Assembly (NCBI GenBank): GCA_947426945.1 | Contig: CANEFX010000001.1 | Span: 13,238 to 77,237, forward strand | Reading direction: 5' to 3' | Length of the DNA stretch: 64,000 bases | Source: an uncultured Bacillota bacterium | Lineage (GTDB): Bacteria; Bacillota; Clostridia; Oscillospirales; Oscillospiraceae | In this document: positions 1-10,148 of the stretch, piece by piece | How positions within the stretch are numbered: position 1 is the stretch's first letter | How the letters are laid out: every line of letters starts with the position of its first letter | Program-made: the position numbers and the translations under genes | The notes under the pieces: model-generated | Databases searched by the model: none | The model's input: only the letters and a program-made list of their open reading frames with translations | What the model was told of the DNA's origin: nothing

Positions 1-94
1 CCGGTTCCGGCCGGGGGAGGACGGAACAGTCTCACTTCCGGCGGGCTGCGTTCTGGAGCCCATGACGCTGTACGCCGTCTTTGAGGCGGAATAA
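1..94 (+). CDS. 3' end of an unidentified CDS (last ~30 codons only)
   Basis: Open frame enters from the left edge (...RFRPGEDGTVSLPAGCVLEPMTLYAVFEAE*). TAA at 92-94 is followed by a strong terminator. Product cannot be named from this fragment. Confidence 0.35.
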   Translation, partial: RFRPGEDGTVSLPAGCVLEPMTLYAVFEAE

Positions 95-105
95 CGGGGC
101 AAAAG

Positions 106-138
106 AGCGGGCGGTCCTTTCCGGACCGCCCGCTTTTG
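106..138 (+). terminator. Rho-independent terminator
   Basis: Perfect 12-bp GC-rich stem AGCGGGCGGTCC/GGACCGCCCGCT with a short loop, followed by TTTT. Confidence 0.8.
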
Positions 139-265
139 CGTGGGAAACAGGATTTCCACCATTTTCTCCCATACCAATTGTTGACGGCAGGGAAAAAATC
201 TGATAAAATCAATACCCGCGGGAGGCGCGGCTTCCCTTTGATAAAACAAAACAGGAGGCACTGTT

Positions 266-2710
266 ATGACGGAATATTCCCCTGAGTACAACAAGGAGCA
301 GCTGACCGAAATGATTGCCGGCAAGCTCCAACGCAACTTTGGCTGTACGGTGGAGACCGCCAACAGCAACCATATGTTCAAGGCCTGTGCCCTGGTTCTT
401 CGGGATATCATGTCCCGACGCAGGATGGAGACCAGCAACCAGATCTGGGAAAAGCAGCAGCGGCAGGTCCATTACCTGTCTCTGGAGTTCCTTATGGGTC
501 GTTCTCTGGAGAAGAACGCCTATAACCTGGGGCTGCTGGATACTCTGAAGCAGGCCCTGGAGGATATGGGCTTTTCCCCGGCCGACCTCTTCGAGTCCGA
601 GCCGGACGCCGGCCTGGGCAACGGCGGCCTGGGCCGTCTGGCAGCCTGCTATCTGGACTCCATGACCACTTTGGAGATTCCCGCCACCGGCTACTCCATC
701 TGCTATGAGCTGGGCATCTTCAAGCAGAAAATCATCGACGGCAAGCAGGAGGAGCTGGCCGACAGCTGGCTTGGCCTGGGCGACGCCTGGCTGATTCCCA
801 AGATGGAGGAGGCGGAGGAGGTCCGCTTCGGCGGTCAGATCATCGACCGCTGGGAGAACGGAGCTAACCACCCCGAGCACGTGGGCTACACCGCTGTGCT
901 GGCCATCCCCCGGGATATGAAGATCGCCGGCTACCAGACCAAGCACACAAATACCCTGCGCCTCTGGGATGCCAAGAGCCCTCTGCCTGTGGACATGTCC
1001 CTCTACTCCCGGGGTGAGTATCTCAAGGCGGTGGAACAGCAGGCCATGGCTGAGGTCATTGCCAAGGTACTTTACCCTGACGACAACCACGCCGAGGGTA
1101 AGTCTCTGCGCCTGAAGCAGCAGTACTTCTTTGTGTCCGCCACCGTCCAGTCCATCGTCCGCCAGCACAAGGCCCAGTACGGTACCCTGCGCAACTTTGC
1201 CAGGAAGCATGTCATCCAGATTAACGACACCCACCCCACCCTGGTTATTCCTGAGCTGATGCGCATCTTCCTGGACCAGGAGGGCTATGGCTGGGACGAG
1301 GCTTGGCACATCGTCACCGACGCGGTGTGCTACACCAACCACACCGTTCTGGCCGAAGCGCTGGAGCGCTGGCCCCAGACGCTGATTGAAAACCTTCTGC
1401 CCCGCATCTGGCAGATCCTGAAGGAGATTGCCTCCCGCTATCAGACCGAGCTGGAGCGCCGCTACGGCGGCGACACCGGGAAGATCGCCCACATGGCCAT
1501 CATCTGGGGAGGCGAGGTGCGCATGGCCAACCTGTGTGTCTGCGCCTGCCAGGCCATCAACGGCGTGTCTGCCCTCCACTCCGAAATTTTGAAGCGGGAC
1601 GTGTTCCGGGACGCCTATCAGGCAGAGCCGGGCAAATTTAAGAATGTGACCAACGGCATTGATCACCGCCGCTGGCTGTCTCAGATCAACCCCAGCCTGG
1701 ATGCCCTTATCCGGGACTGCACTGGCGGAGACCGATACCTCCTCCACCCCGAGGCCCTGCGAGACTTTGAAAAAGCGGCGGACGACAGGACTGTGCTCCA
1801 GCGGCTGGAGGACATCAAGCGGGAGAACAAGCGCCGCTTTGCCGAGTGGGTCAAGCGGGAGTCCGGCGTTGTGCTGAACACCGGCGCCATCTTTGACGTG
1901 CAGGTGAAGCGCCTGCACGAGTATAAGCGCCAGCTGCTCAACGTGCTGCACATCATTCACCTGTACAACCAGCTGCGGGATAACCCCAATATGGACTTTA
2001 CCCCCCAGACCTATCTCTTCGGCGCGAAGGCGGCCCCGGGCTACCACGTGGCCAAGCAGATTATCCAGCTGATCAACTCCCTGGCCGCCCAGATCAACGC
2101 CGACCCCGTATGCAGGGATAAGCTCCAGGTGGTCTTTTTGGAGAACTACCGGGTGTCCCTGGCTGAGAAGCTGATGCCTGCCTCCGAGATCTCTGAGCAG
2201 ATCTCCACCGCCGGCAAGGAGGCCAGCGGCACCGGAAACATGAAGTTCATGATGAACGGCGCGCTCACCATCGGCACGCTGGACGGGGCCAACGTGGAGA
2301 TGCATCAGCAGCTGGGGGACGAGAATATCTTCCTCTTCGGACTGACCACCGAGCAGGTGAACCAGCGCAAGCGGGAGGGCTACCGCCCCCACGAGATATA
2401 TCTCCACAACCAGCCCATCAAGCGGGTGCTGGACCAGATTTCCGCCGGCTTCAATGACAAGGTGGCCTACTCCGACCTGACCCAGCGGCTGCTCTTCGGG
2501 GCGGGAGGAAGCCAGGCCGACGAGTATATGCTGCTGGCCGATTTTGACAGCTACCGCGACGCCCACCAGCGGGCCATTGAGACCTATGCCAACCGGGACC
2601 GCTGGAATCGGATGTCCCTGATCAACATCGCCCGCTCCGGCATTTTCGCCGCCGACCGGTCCATCCGGGATTACGCCCGGGATATCTGGCATGTGCCCAC
2701 CAGAAAGTAA
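266..2710 (+). CDS. glgP: Glycogen/maltodextrin phosphorylase
   Basis: 814-aa ORF with AGGAGG RBS 8 nt upstream. Typical GT35 phosphorylase sequence along its length (GNGGLGRLAAC, EKAxSGTGNMKFMMNGA pyridoxal-phosphate Lys region). Confidence 0.95.
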   Translation: MTEYSPEYNKEQLTEMIAGKLQRNFGCTVETANSNHMFKACALVLRDIMSRRRMETSNQIWEKQQRQVHYLSLEFLMGRSLEKNAYNLGLLDTLKQALEDMGFSPADLFESEPDAGLGNGGLGRLAACYLDSMTTLEIPATGYSICYELGIFKQKIIDGKQEELADSWLGLGDAWLIPKMEEAEEVRFGGQIIDRWENGANHPEHVGYTAVLAIPRDMKIAGYQTKHTNTLRLWDAKSPLPVDMSLYSRGEYLKAVEQQAMAEVIAKVLYPDDNHAEGKSLRLKQQYFFVSATVQSIVRQHKAQYGTLRNFARKHVIQINDTHPTLVIPELMRIFLDQEGYGWDEAWHIVTDAVCYTNHTVLAEALERWPQTLIENLLPRIWQILKEIASRYQTELERRYGGDTGKIAHMAIIWGGEVRMANLCVCACQAINGVSALHSEILKRDVFRDAYQAEPGKFKNVTNGIDHRRWLSQINPSLDALIRDCTGGDRYLLHPEALRDFEKAADDRTVLQRLEDIKRENKRRFAEWVKRESGVVLNTGAIFDVQVKRLHEYKRQLLNVLHIIHLYNQLRDNPNMDFTPQTYLFGAKAAPGYHVAKQIIQLINSLAAQINADPVCRDKLQVVFLENYRVSLAEKLMPASEISEQISTAGKEASGTGNMKFMMNGALTIGTLDGANVEMHQQLGDENIFLFGLTTEQVNQRKREGYRPHEIYLHNQPIKRVLDQISAGFNDKVAYSDLTQRLLFGAGGSQADEYMLLADFDSYRDAHQRAIETYANRDRWNRMSLINIARSGIFAADRSIRDYARDIWHVPTRK

Positions 2711-2713
2711 AAA

Positions 2714-2745
2714 AATTCCGGACCCTTCAGGGTCCGGAATTTTTA
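2714..2745. terminator. Bidirectional rho-independent terminator
   Basis: AATTCCGGACCC-TTCA-GGGTCCGGAATT stem-loop flanked by an A-run upstream and a T-run downstream. It lies between glgP (+) and the convergent TraB-like gene (-). Confidence 0.8.
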
Positions 2746-2822
2746 AAAAGATGGTTTTCTTTGCGTATTGCCCCGCCCTTCAGGTGGGGCAATACGTGTA
2801 TTTTTTAACGGAAAACCGGCAA

Positions 2823-4253
2823 TCAGGGGAGAGATACAACCTCCACGGCATAGCCCAGGTCCTTCAGCCCCTGGACCACACCGGTATTGCCGATCATGTG
2901 GCCCGCGCCCACCGTCATCAGCCCGGTGTGAGAGCCCTCCTGCTTCAGCCAGCGGTCCGCCCAGGCAATCATGTTGGGGTCCCGGCCCTCAAAGAGCTTG
3001 GAATTGAGCTCATCGGAGGGGTTGGCGCTGAGCTCGTCCTTGGGGTAGGCCTTGGCGAAGCCCTCGGTGTCTCGTGTCTTCCACTGCTCCATCCAGCTGT
3101 CTACGATGGCGTCCTGCTCCTTGAGAGCGGCCTCATAGGCCGCCTTTTCCTCCTCGGTCAGGTCCTGGGCGGCGTCCATACCCTGGAACATGGCCAGGGT
3201 CATGGCCAGGTAGTTCTCCTGGTACTCGTCGGACAGGTCGTCGAAGATTTTACCCTGGAAGGCGTAGGTCTCCACCCCCTCCACGGGAATGCCCGCGTTG
3301 GAGGCCCTGGCGTTGACGTACAGGTCGATGGCCATGGCGTTATCGCTGGCGGTTTCGTCCAGCATGGACAGGGCGGTGAAGGAGTTGGACAGCGCCCAGG
3401 GCTTGAACTGGGCCACCTGGGCCTCGTCCATGCCCAGAGGGGCCAGGGCGTTTACAACCTCCTGGTACAGCTCGGGGTCAATGTGGTCCTTCAGGGTGGT
3501 GCCGTCGGAGTAGGTCTGCATGGCGGTGAACTCGTCGATCCCCTCCTGGCTGTTAAAGTCCAGCTCAAAGGCGGCCAGCTCCGCGCCGGTGATGATATCC
3601 CGGAGCTGCCTGTGGAAGGGGTAGAGGTTGTTCCGGTCGGTGTGGATGGAGCCCAGAAGATACAGGGTATTGCCATTGCCCTCCGCCTTCCACAGCAGGC
3701 CCAGGGAGCCGGCGTTCTGCCCGTCGTACAGATTCAGGATCAGCCGGTTGGCAAAAGCGGCGGCCTCCAGCAGAGTGCAGGGGCGGTCCAGCGCCAGGCC
3801 GGTGCCGTCCCCCCGAATTACCTTCATGGAGCGCATGAAGTCCACCGGGCCGGCTTCGATTCCGGGGAAAGCATAGGCCGCCGCCTCCTGGTACAAGGCG
3901 TTGAGAACTCCGCCGCGGGTGGTGTCGATCACCAGGGCCTCGCCCTTATCCGGGTTGGCGGGCACCTCCAGCAGGGCCAGCTTGCCGGCTACCACACCGG
4001 TCAGCTTGTCCAGCTGGACCTGGGTAACGGGCTGGCTGTGATGGGTTTGGATCTCGTCGCCGAACAGCCCCATGGCGTAGCCGTCGGCCAGCTCGCGGTA
4101 GGCCCAGGCGGGGAGCGGAGTGGGCTCCGCCACGGTGACGGTGAGCTCTGCGCCCTCCGGCACTCCGTCAGGGGCGGCGGAGGCCCCTGCGGCCATAGCG
4201 GGGGTGCTGCTCAGCAGCCCCAGAGCCAGCAGCAGGGTAAGTAATCGTTTCAT
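2823..4253 (-). CDS. Secreted TraB/GumN family protein
   Basis: 476 aa with N-terminal signal peptide MKRLLTLLLALGLLSSTPAMAAG. The central/C-terminal part has TraB/GumN-like motifs (LYLLGSIHTD..., GAGHMIG). Confidence 0.7.
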   Translation of the reverse strand: MKRLLTLLLALGLLSSTPAMAAGASAAPDGVPEGAELTVTVAEPTPLPAWAYRELADGYAMGLFGDEIQTHHSQPVTQVQLDKLTGVVAGKLALLEVPANPDKGEALVIDTTRGGVLNALYQEAAAYAFPGIEAGPVDFMRSMKVIRGDGTGLALDRPCTLLEAAAFANRLILNLYDGQNAGSLGLLWKAEGNGNTLYLLGSIHTDRNNLYPFHRQLRDIITGAELAAFELDFNSQEGIDEFTAMQTYSDGTTLKDHIDPELYQEVVNALAPLGMDEAQVAQFKPWALSNSFTALSMLDETASDNAMAIDLYVNARASNAGIPVEGVETYAFQGKIFDDLSDEYQENYLAMTLAMFQGMDAAQDLTEEEKAAYEAALKEQDAIVDSWMEQWKTRDTEGFAKAYPKDELSANPSDELNSKLFEGRDPNMIAWADRWLKQEGSHTGLMTVGAGHMIGNTGVVQGLKDLGYAVEVVSLP

Positions 4254-4337
4254 CGGGAATCATCCTTTCTTGGGGTACAGCCCAATTTCTCTATTTTATT
4301 GTAGCACTGCACAGAGATAAGTCAAATTAAAATTTTC

Positions 4338-4985
4338 TTAAAGCCCCAGCCACTTTGCCAGATCCCACAGGTCGGGGGAGATATGGTCGACGGGGAAGGG
4401 GACGAAGTCCCCGGCCGGGGTAGTGCCGTTGAGCACGGCGGTGAAATGGCAGCCGGCGTTTTGGGCCGCGCCCGCATCCAGCACGGTATCGCCGCAGAAC
4501 AGAGTCTCCTCCGGGGAGACCTCCAGCCGGTCCATGGCGGCCAGCAGCCCCTCCGGGTCGGGCTTATGGCGCTTCACGTCGGCGCTGCCGATGACCAGCT
4601 CCAGGATATCTCCCAAGCCGTGATTTTCCATGACGATCTGGATGGTATCCGCCCGCTTGGTGCTGACAATGGCCGTCTTTACCCCACGTGCTTTCAATCC
4701 CCGGAGCAGCTCCGACGCGCCGGGGAAGAGGGTGGTCTCCTTCCGCTGGCGCTCCACCGCCGCCTCGGAGAACAGCAGGCGGAATTGGGCCCGGCGGACT
4801 GGGTCTGCGTCGCCGGTGAGCATGGTGTAGGCGTCCTCCAGCAGATAGCCGATGGTGCCCCGCACCGTCTCGCGCTCCGGCGCAGGCCAGCCAAGGCCGG
4901 TGAGTCCGTGGGTAAAGCCGGCGACAATGGAGTCGGTGGAGTCCCCCAGGGTGTAGTCAAAATCGAAGCATACCGCTTTAAACAT
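4338..4985 (-). CDS. HAD-superfamily hydrolase (phosphoglycolate phosphatase-like)
   Basis: HAD motif I FDFDYTLGDS right after the start, and motif IV GDTVLD near the C-terminus. Start moved to the ATG with GGGAGGA RBS (MFKAVCFDFD...). Confidence 0.85.
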   Translation of the reverse strand: MFKAVCFDFDYTLGDSTDSIVAGFTHGLTGLGWPAPERETVRGTIGYLLEDAYTMLTGDADPVRRAQFRLLFSEAAVERQRKETTLFPGASELLRGLKARGVKTAIVSTKRADTIQIVMENHGLGDILELVIGSADVKRHKPDPEGLLAAMDRLEVSPEETLFCGDTVLDAGAAQNAGCHFTAVLNGTTPAGDFVPFPVDHISPDLWDLAKWLGL

Positions 4986-5137
4986 GGCGTTTCCTCCCTG
5001 CACTGTCCCCGCAGGCGGCGGGGACCTCGGATGGCACTATCATACCACAGGAAAGTATTTGCCGCAACCGTTTGACCCCGGGCGGATTTTCCGGTATAAT
5101 GGAGGCAAAGCTTCGGGAGAAGACAAGGAGGGGCACG

Positions 5138-6418
5138 ATGGAAAAGTCTAATGAAAAATATGGCGCCTATATTCAGATTTTGGAGGAGGAACTGGCACCC
5201 GCCATGGGCTGCACCGAACCTATCGCCATCGCCTACGGCGCGGCCAGGGGGCGGGAGGTGCTGGGCGCGCTGCCAGATGAGATCGTGGTGGAGGCCAGCG
5301 GCAACATTATCAAAAATGTGAAGAGCGTGGTGGTGCCAAACACCGGCGGCCTCCACGGCATTGAAGCCGCCGCCGCCGCCGGGGCGGTGGCCGGGCGGGC
5401 GGATCTGCTGCTGGAGGTCATCTCTCAGGTGACCCCCGAACAGCAGAAGGAGATGCGCCGATATTTGGAGGAGCACCCCGTCCGGGTGGAGTTTCTGGAC
5501 GGAGAGCTGGTCTTTGATATCCGGATTACCCTGCGCAAAGGGGAGGACGCCGCCCAGGTGCGCATCGCCAACTATCATACCAACATCGTCCATATCCGGC
5601 GCAACGGGGAGGTCCTGCTGGATCTGCCTGTGGAGGCGGATGATGAGAGCGGCCTGACTGACCGGTCCCTGCTGTCCATGGCGGAGATCTATGACTTTGC
5701 CAGGACGGTGGACCTGGAGGACGTGCGGGAGGTCATCGGCCGCCAGATCGCATGCAATATGGCCATCGCCCGGGAGGGGCTTACAAATAGTTACGGGGCC
5801 AACATCGGCCAGGTCATACGGGCCACCTCCCGGCCGGACGATCCCATCGCCAAGGCCAAGTCCGCCGCCGCCGCCGGGTCGGACGCCCGGATGGGGGGCT
5901 GCGAACTGCCCGTCATCATCAATTCGGGCAGCGGCAACCAGGGAATCACCGCCTCTGTGCCGGTGATCGTCTACGCCCGGGAGATCGGAGCGGAGGAGGA
6001 GGCGCTGTACCGGGCGCTGGTGCTGTCCAACCTGATCACTATCCACCAGAAGACCCGCATCGGCCGGCTGTCCGCCTACTGCGGCGCAGTGAGCGCCGGG
6101 GCGGCGGCGGGGGCTGGCATCGCCTATCTGGACGGGGGCGGCTATGAGGAGATCATCCACACCGTGGTCAACGCCCTGGCCATCGTTTCCGGCATGATCT
6201 GTGACGGGGCCAAGGCCTCCTGTGCCGGCAAGATCGCCGCCGCCATCGACGCGGGGGTGCTGGGCTACCGGATGTATCAGCAGGGCCAGCAGTTCTACGG
6301 CGGGGACGGCATTCTCTCCCACGGGGTGGAGCAGACCCTGGACAACGTGGGCCGGCTGGGCAAGATCGGAATGCGGTCCACGGATAAAGAAATTTTGCAG
6401 ATTATGCTGCAGACATAA
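5138..6418 (+). CDS. Serine dehydratase alpha-like / L-cysteine desulfidase family protein (UPF0597)
   Basis: N-terminal signature EEELAPAMGCTEPIAIAYGAA is typical of this family. Start chosen at the ATG after AAGGAGG. Confidence 0.75.
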   Translation: MEKSNEKYGAYIQILEEELAPAMGCTEPIAIAYGAARGREVLGALPDEIVVEASGNIIKNVKSVVVPNTGGLHGIEAAAAAGAVAGRADLLLEVISQVTPEQQKEMRRYLEEHPVRVEFLDGELVFDIRITLRKGEDAAQVRIANYHTNIVHIRRNGEVLLDLPVEADDESGLTDRSLLSMAEIYDFARTVDLEDVREVIGRQIACNMAIAREGLTNSYGANIGQVIRATSRPDDPIAKAKSAAAAGSDARMGGCELPVIINSGSGNQGITASVPVIVYAREIGAEEEALYRALVLSNLITIHQKTRIGRLSAYCGAVSAGAAAGAGIAYLDGGGYEEIIHTVVNALAIVSGMICDGAKASCAGKIAAAIDAGVLGYRMYQQGQQFYGGDGILSHGVEQTLDNVGRLGKIGMRSTDKEILQIMLQT

Positions 6419-6425
6419 GCAAAAA

Positions 6426-6453
6426 TTGGCCCCCGGCTCACGCCGGGGGCCAA
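6426..6453. terminator. Bidirectional terminator hairpin
   Basis: TTGGCCCCCGGC-TCAC-GCCGGGGGCCAA between convergent genes. A nearly identical hairpin core recurs at ~16933-16955. Confidence 0.7.
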
Positions 6454-6457
6454 TCTG

Positions 6458-7102
6458 TCACTCAAACCAGGCTACCGCCCGGATGGGGGAGCCGTCGCAG
6501 TTTTCCAGCTTCAGGGGGAAGCAGCTGAACCAGAACAGGCCGTCGCCGCACAGCTCCAGATTTTTCAGATTTTCGATGTTGACGATCTCCGTGTCCCGGA
6601 ACAGCTCCTTGTGCCGGGTTAGATCAATATCGGCGATGGGGTCCAGGCCGATCACGTCGAAACCGATCCCCTTGTAGTTCCCCGCCTTGATGTAGGTCAG
6701 CACCTCATTGTCGATGCAGGGGTAGTCGCCGAAGTAGGCGTCTGTCCCCCATTTTTTGTCCCAGCCCAGGCGGAACAGGAGAAAGTCTGCCCGGGCCGCC
6801 TTGTCCCCGTACCGCCGGATATGGTCCATGGTGACGGCCGCTCCCTCGGCCAGCTCCGCGCAGTCGATGACCAGGGCCCTGCCAATGAACTGCTCCGGAG
6901 GGAACATGTCCAGAGTAGTCCGGCCGGGGAACAGGTGGGCGGGCGGGTCCATGTGGGTGCCCGTGTGGGTATACATGGTGAGGCGGGTCTCCTTGAAGCC
7001 GTCCCTCTCGTAGCTGTTGGCCGGCTCAAATTGAGGGGGCTCCGTGCCGGGGTACACCGGCATGTCCGCCCGGATCGTGTGGGTCAGATCAATTACCTTC
7101 AT
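6458..7102 (-). CDS. Cyclase family protein (kynurenine formamidase-like)
   Basis: 214 aa. MKVIDLTHTI...MPVYPG...HTGTHMDPPAH matches the putative cyclase / arylformamidase metal-binding signature. Confidence 0.8.
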   Translation of the reverse strand: MKVIDLTHTIRADMPVYPGTEPPQFEPANSYERDGFKETRLTMYTHTGTHMDPPAHLFPGRTTLDMFPPEQFIGRALVIDCAELAEGAAVTMDHIRRYGDKAARADFLLFRLGWDKKWGTDAYFGDYPCIDNEVLTYIKAGNYKGIGFDVIGLDPIADIDLTRHKELFRDTEIVNIENLKNLELCGDGLFWFSCFPLKLENCDGSPIRAVAWFE

Positions 7103-7122
7103 GATATAACTCCTCCAATCCG

Positions 7123-8304
7123 TCAGTGGTTGGCCATCTGGTAAATGTTCAAAAAGTCCGCCTCATAGAGTACCTTGGCGGCCCCTTTTCGTCCCCCGGA
7201 AGCGATGTGGAGCTTATGGGCCATGTCCTCCAACTGTTCCCGGGTGGGAGAGATGCCCAGCTCGGAGAAGCAGGTGGGCATGGCAATGGAGCGATAAAAG
7301 TCCTCCATGGCTTCAATGCCCTTCAGGGCGGTTTCCTCTGGGGAGCTGGAGTTGTCCACCCCCATAACATTCACGGCGAACCGGACAAACCGGGGCAGGC
7401 AGTCCCGATAGACATACCGGGCCCAGCTGCCCCACACCGCGGCCAGGCCGGCCCCGTGGGTCACGTCGAACATGCCGCCCATTTCATGCTCCAGGCCGTG
7501 GCAAGCAAAGTCGCCGCCGTCGTTTCCGCAGCCGGTGAGTCCGTTATGGGACAGGCTTCCCGCCCACATGATCTCTGCCCGGGCCTCGTAGCTGTCGGGG
7601 GCGTCCCGGAGGATGACGGCGTTCTTCAGAACGGTGCGCATCAGGCCCTCGGCCAGGCTGTCGGTGAGTTCCATGGTGCCGTTAGGGGTGAAGTAGCGCT
7701 CCATAGTGTGCATCAGGATGTCCACGCAGCCGCTGGCCGTCTGCCAGGGGGGCAGGGTAACGGTAAGTTCAGGATTCATAACGGCGAACCTGGGGCGGCA
7801 GATATCGTCGTTATACCCCCGCTTGATCCCTCCCTCATCCTTGGTGATGACCGAGCTGTTGCTCATCTCACTGCCGGCGGCGGCGATGGTGAGCACTACG
7901 CCCACAGGCAGGCAGGCCTTGGCTGTCCTGGCCCGGTCGTAGAGTTCCCACACATCGGCCTCCTCCGCCAGGCCATAAGCGATGGCCTTGGCGGAATCAA
8001 TAACGCTGCCGCCCCCTACCGCCAGGATGAAATCCACCCCCTCCCGGCGGGAGAGTGCGATGCCCTGATATACCAGAGACAGACGGGGGTTAGGCACCAC
8101 GCCGCCCAGCTCGGCATAGGCTATGCCCTCCCGGGCCAGCGAGGCCTTGATTCGATCCAGCAGGCCGGAGCGGATTACGCTGCCGCCGCCGTAGTGGAGC
8201 AGCGCTTTTTTGCAGCCCTGGGCTTTGACCAGGGCTCCGGTGTGTTCCTCCACATCCCGGCCGAATACTACCTGGGTGGGGGTGCAGTAAGTAAAGTTGA
8301 ACAT
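7123..8304 (-). CDS. Iron-containing alcohol dehydrogenase (butanol dehydrogenase-like)
   Basis: Fe-ADH motifs (GGGSVIDSAKAI, His-rich metal site HGLEHE...THGAGLA). Start set at MFNFTY... after GGGAGGA RBS. Confidence 0.9.
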   Translation of the reverse strand: MFNFTYCTPTQVVFGRDVEEHTGALVKAQGCKKALLHYGGGSVIRSGLLDRIKASLAREGIAYAELGGVVPNPRLSLVYQGIALSRREGVDFILAVGGGSVIDSAKAIAYGLAEEADVWELYDRARTAKACLPVGVVLTIAAAGSEMSNSSVITKDEGGIKRGYNDDICRPRFAVMNPELTVTLPPWQTASGCVDILMHTMERYFTPNGTMELTDSLAEGLMRTVLKNAVILRDAPDSYEARAEIMWAGSLSHNGLTGCGNDGGDFACHGLEHEMGGMFDVTHGAGLAAVWGSWARYVYRDCLPRFVRFAVNVMGVDNSSSPEETALKGIEAMEDFYRSIAMPTCFSELGISPTREQLEDMAHKLHIASGGRKGAAKVLYEADFLNIYQMANH

Positions 8305-8481
8305 AGCTTGTCCTCCCGTGTGCTTGATAGGTCCAGTATAGCACCAAAGCCGCCTGTCCACAAGAATTTTTCCGGGGAGGAGCCGCAGGGTACAGAGATT
8401 TTATCTGTGGTTTCCCCGCCTCCGACGGGAAAATACAGCAACAGATCTTTTCTGCGGACACTTCTTTTTTCCAACGCTGCA

Positions 8482-8510
8482 TTGCCAAAGCGGGGAAGGT
8501 CTGATATAAT
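8482..8510 (+). promoter_or_regulatory. Sigma-A type promoter for guaA
   Basis: TTGCCA - 17 nt - TATAAT, 34 nt upstream of the guaA ATG. Confidence 0.6.
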
Positions 8511-8543
8511 CAAAACACAATTATAGAGAGACGGAGGAGAACT

Positions 8544-10079
8544 ATGGAAACGATTTTGATTTTGGATTTCGGCGGCCAGTATAACCAGCTCATTGCCCGC
8601 AGGGTGCGGGAGTGCAGCGTTTACTGTGAGGTCAAGCCCTACAGCACGCCCCTGGAGGAGCTGCGGGCCATAAAACCCGTCGGCATCATCTTCACCGGTG
8701 GGCCCGACTCCGTCTATCTGGACAGCGCGCCCCACGTTGACCCGGACATCTTTACCTGGGGTGTGCCCATTCTGGGCATTTGCTACGGCTGCCAGCACAT
8801 GGCATACTCCCTGGGCGGCCAGGTTACTCCTGCTCAGGACGACTCCGCCCGGGAGTATGGCAAGACCCTCACCCGCTACGACACTGGGTGCAGGCTGTTC
8901 AAGGGCCTGCCCGAGGAGGGGGTGTCCTGGATGAGCCATGGGGACTATATGGCAAAGGTGCCCGAGGGCTTTGCTCTTACCGCCCGGTCCGACGCCTGTC
9001 CCAATGTAGCTATTGCCGACGAGAACCGGGGATTTTATGGCGTACAGTTTCACCCGGAGGTCAACCATACCCAGCATGGGGTTGACATGATCCGCAACTT
9101 CCTCTTCGAGGTCTGCCATGCCAAGGGAGACTGGACTATGGGGGACTATAAGAATGCCGCAATCTCCCATCTGCGGGAGAAGGTTGGTTCAGGCCGGGTA
9201 CTGCTGGCCCTGTCTGGCGGAGTGGATTCCTCTGTGGCCGCCGCCCTGCTGGCCGAGGCGGTGGGCGCTCAGCTCACCTGCGTGTTTGTGGACCACGGCC
9301 TGATGCGCCTGAACGAGGGGGACGAGGTGGAGGAGGCCTTTGCCAAGTGGGATCTGAACTTCGTTCGGGTGGACGCCGAGAGGCGCTTCCTGGACAAGCT
9401 GGCCGGGGTGGAGGAGCCGGAGTGCAAGCGGAAGATCATTGGCGAGGAGTTCATCCGGGTCTTTGAGGAGGAAGCTAAAAAGGTAGGCGCCGTGGACTTT
9501 TTGGCTCAGGGCACCATCTACCCGGATGTGATCGAGTCGGGCGCGGGGGACGCCGCCGTCATCAAGAGCCACCACAATGTGGGCGGCCTGCCCGATTATG
9601 TGGACTTTAAGGAGATTGTGGAGCCTCTGCGGATGCTTTTCAAGGATGAGGTGCGGCAACTGGGCCGGGAGCTGGGTCTGCCTGAGTATCTGGTCAGCCG
9701 CCAACCTTTCCCGGGGCCCGGCCTGGCTATCCGCATCATTGGGGATATTACCAAGGAGCGGGCGGACATTCTGCGTCAGGCCGATTTTATCTTCCGGGAG
9801 GAGATGGCCAGATACGGCGAGGACCGAAATGTGAACCAGTACTTTGCTGTGCTTACCAACTCCCGTTCCGTAGGCGTGATGGGAGACGGGCGCACCTATG
9901 ACTATACCCTGGCCCTTCGGGCAGTGACAACTTCCGACTTTATGACCGCCGACTGGGCTCGCCTGCCCTATGAGCTGCTGGACAAGGTGTCCACCCGGAT
10001 CGTCAACGAGGTGAAGGGGATTAACCGCATTGTGTACGACATCACCAGCAAGCCCCCGGCCACAATAGAGTGGGAATGA
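8544..10079 (+). CDS. guaA: GMP synthase (glutamine-hydrolysing)
   Basis: 511 aa with GATase domain (GICYGCQ), ATP-PPase P-loop SGGVDSSV and conserved C-terminus ...KPPATIEWE. Confidence 0.97.
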   Translation: METILILDFGGQYNQLIARRVRECSVYCEVKPYSTPLEELRAIKPVGIIFTGGPDSVYLDSAPHVDPDIFTWGVPILGICYGCQHMAYSLGGQVTPAQDDSAREYGKTLTRYDTGCRLFKGLPEEGVSWMSHGDYMAKVPEGFALTARSDACPNVAIADENRGFYGVQFHPEVNHTQHGVDMIRNFLFEVCHAKGDWTMGDYKNAAISHLREKVGSGRVLLALSGGVDSSVAAALLAEAVGAQLTCVFVDHGLMRLNEGDEVEEAFAKWDLNFVRVDAERRFLDKLAGVEEPECKRKIIGEEFIRVFEEEAKKVGAVDFLAQGTIYPDVIESGAGDAAVIKSHHNVGGLPDYVDFKEIVEPLRMLFKDEVRQLGRELGLPEYLVSRQPFPGPGLAIRIIGDITKERADILRQADFIFREEMARYGEDRNVNQYFAVLTNSRSVGVMGDGRTYDYTLALRAVTTSDFMTADWARLPYELLDKVSTRIVNEVKGINRIVYDITSKPPATIEWE

Positions 10080-10148
10080 CCGCTGTGGAATGTGGGCAGG
10101 ATAATAGTGATATTGTTGAGATAATCACGGAGAAGGGCGGCGAATAAG

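Noticed and set aside
209-2692. 827-aa ORF antisense to glgP. The same applies to 2691-4244 (+) opposite the TraB-like gene, 4694-6322 (-), and 7126-8526 (+).
   Set aside because: These ORFs lie opposite genes with unmistakable family signatures. Their translations are low-complexity (Gly/Ala/Leu/Val/Pro/His/Gln-rich) with no recognisable motifs. High GC suppresses stop codons in antisense frames.
8362-8543. Purine/guanine riboswitch upstream of guaA.
   Set aside because: Only a promoter (TTGCCA-17-TATAAT) and a short leader are present. The conserved three-way-junction sequences of purine riboswitches are not visible.
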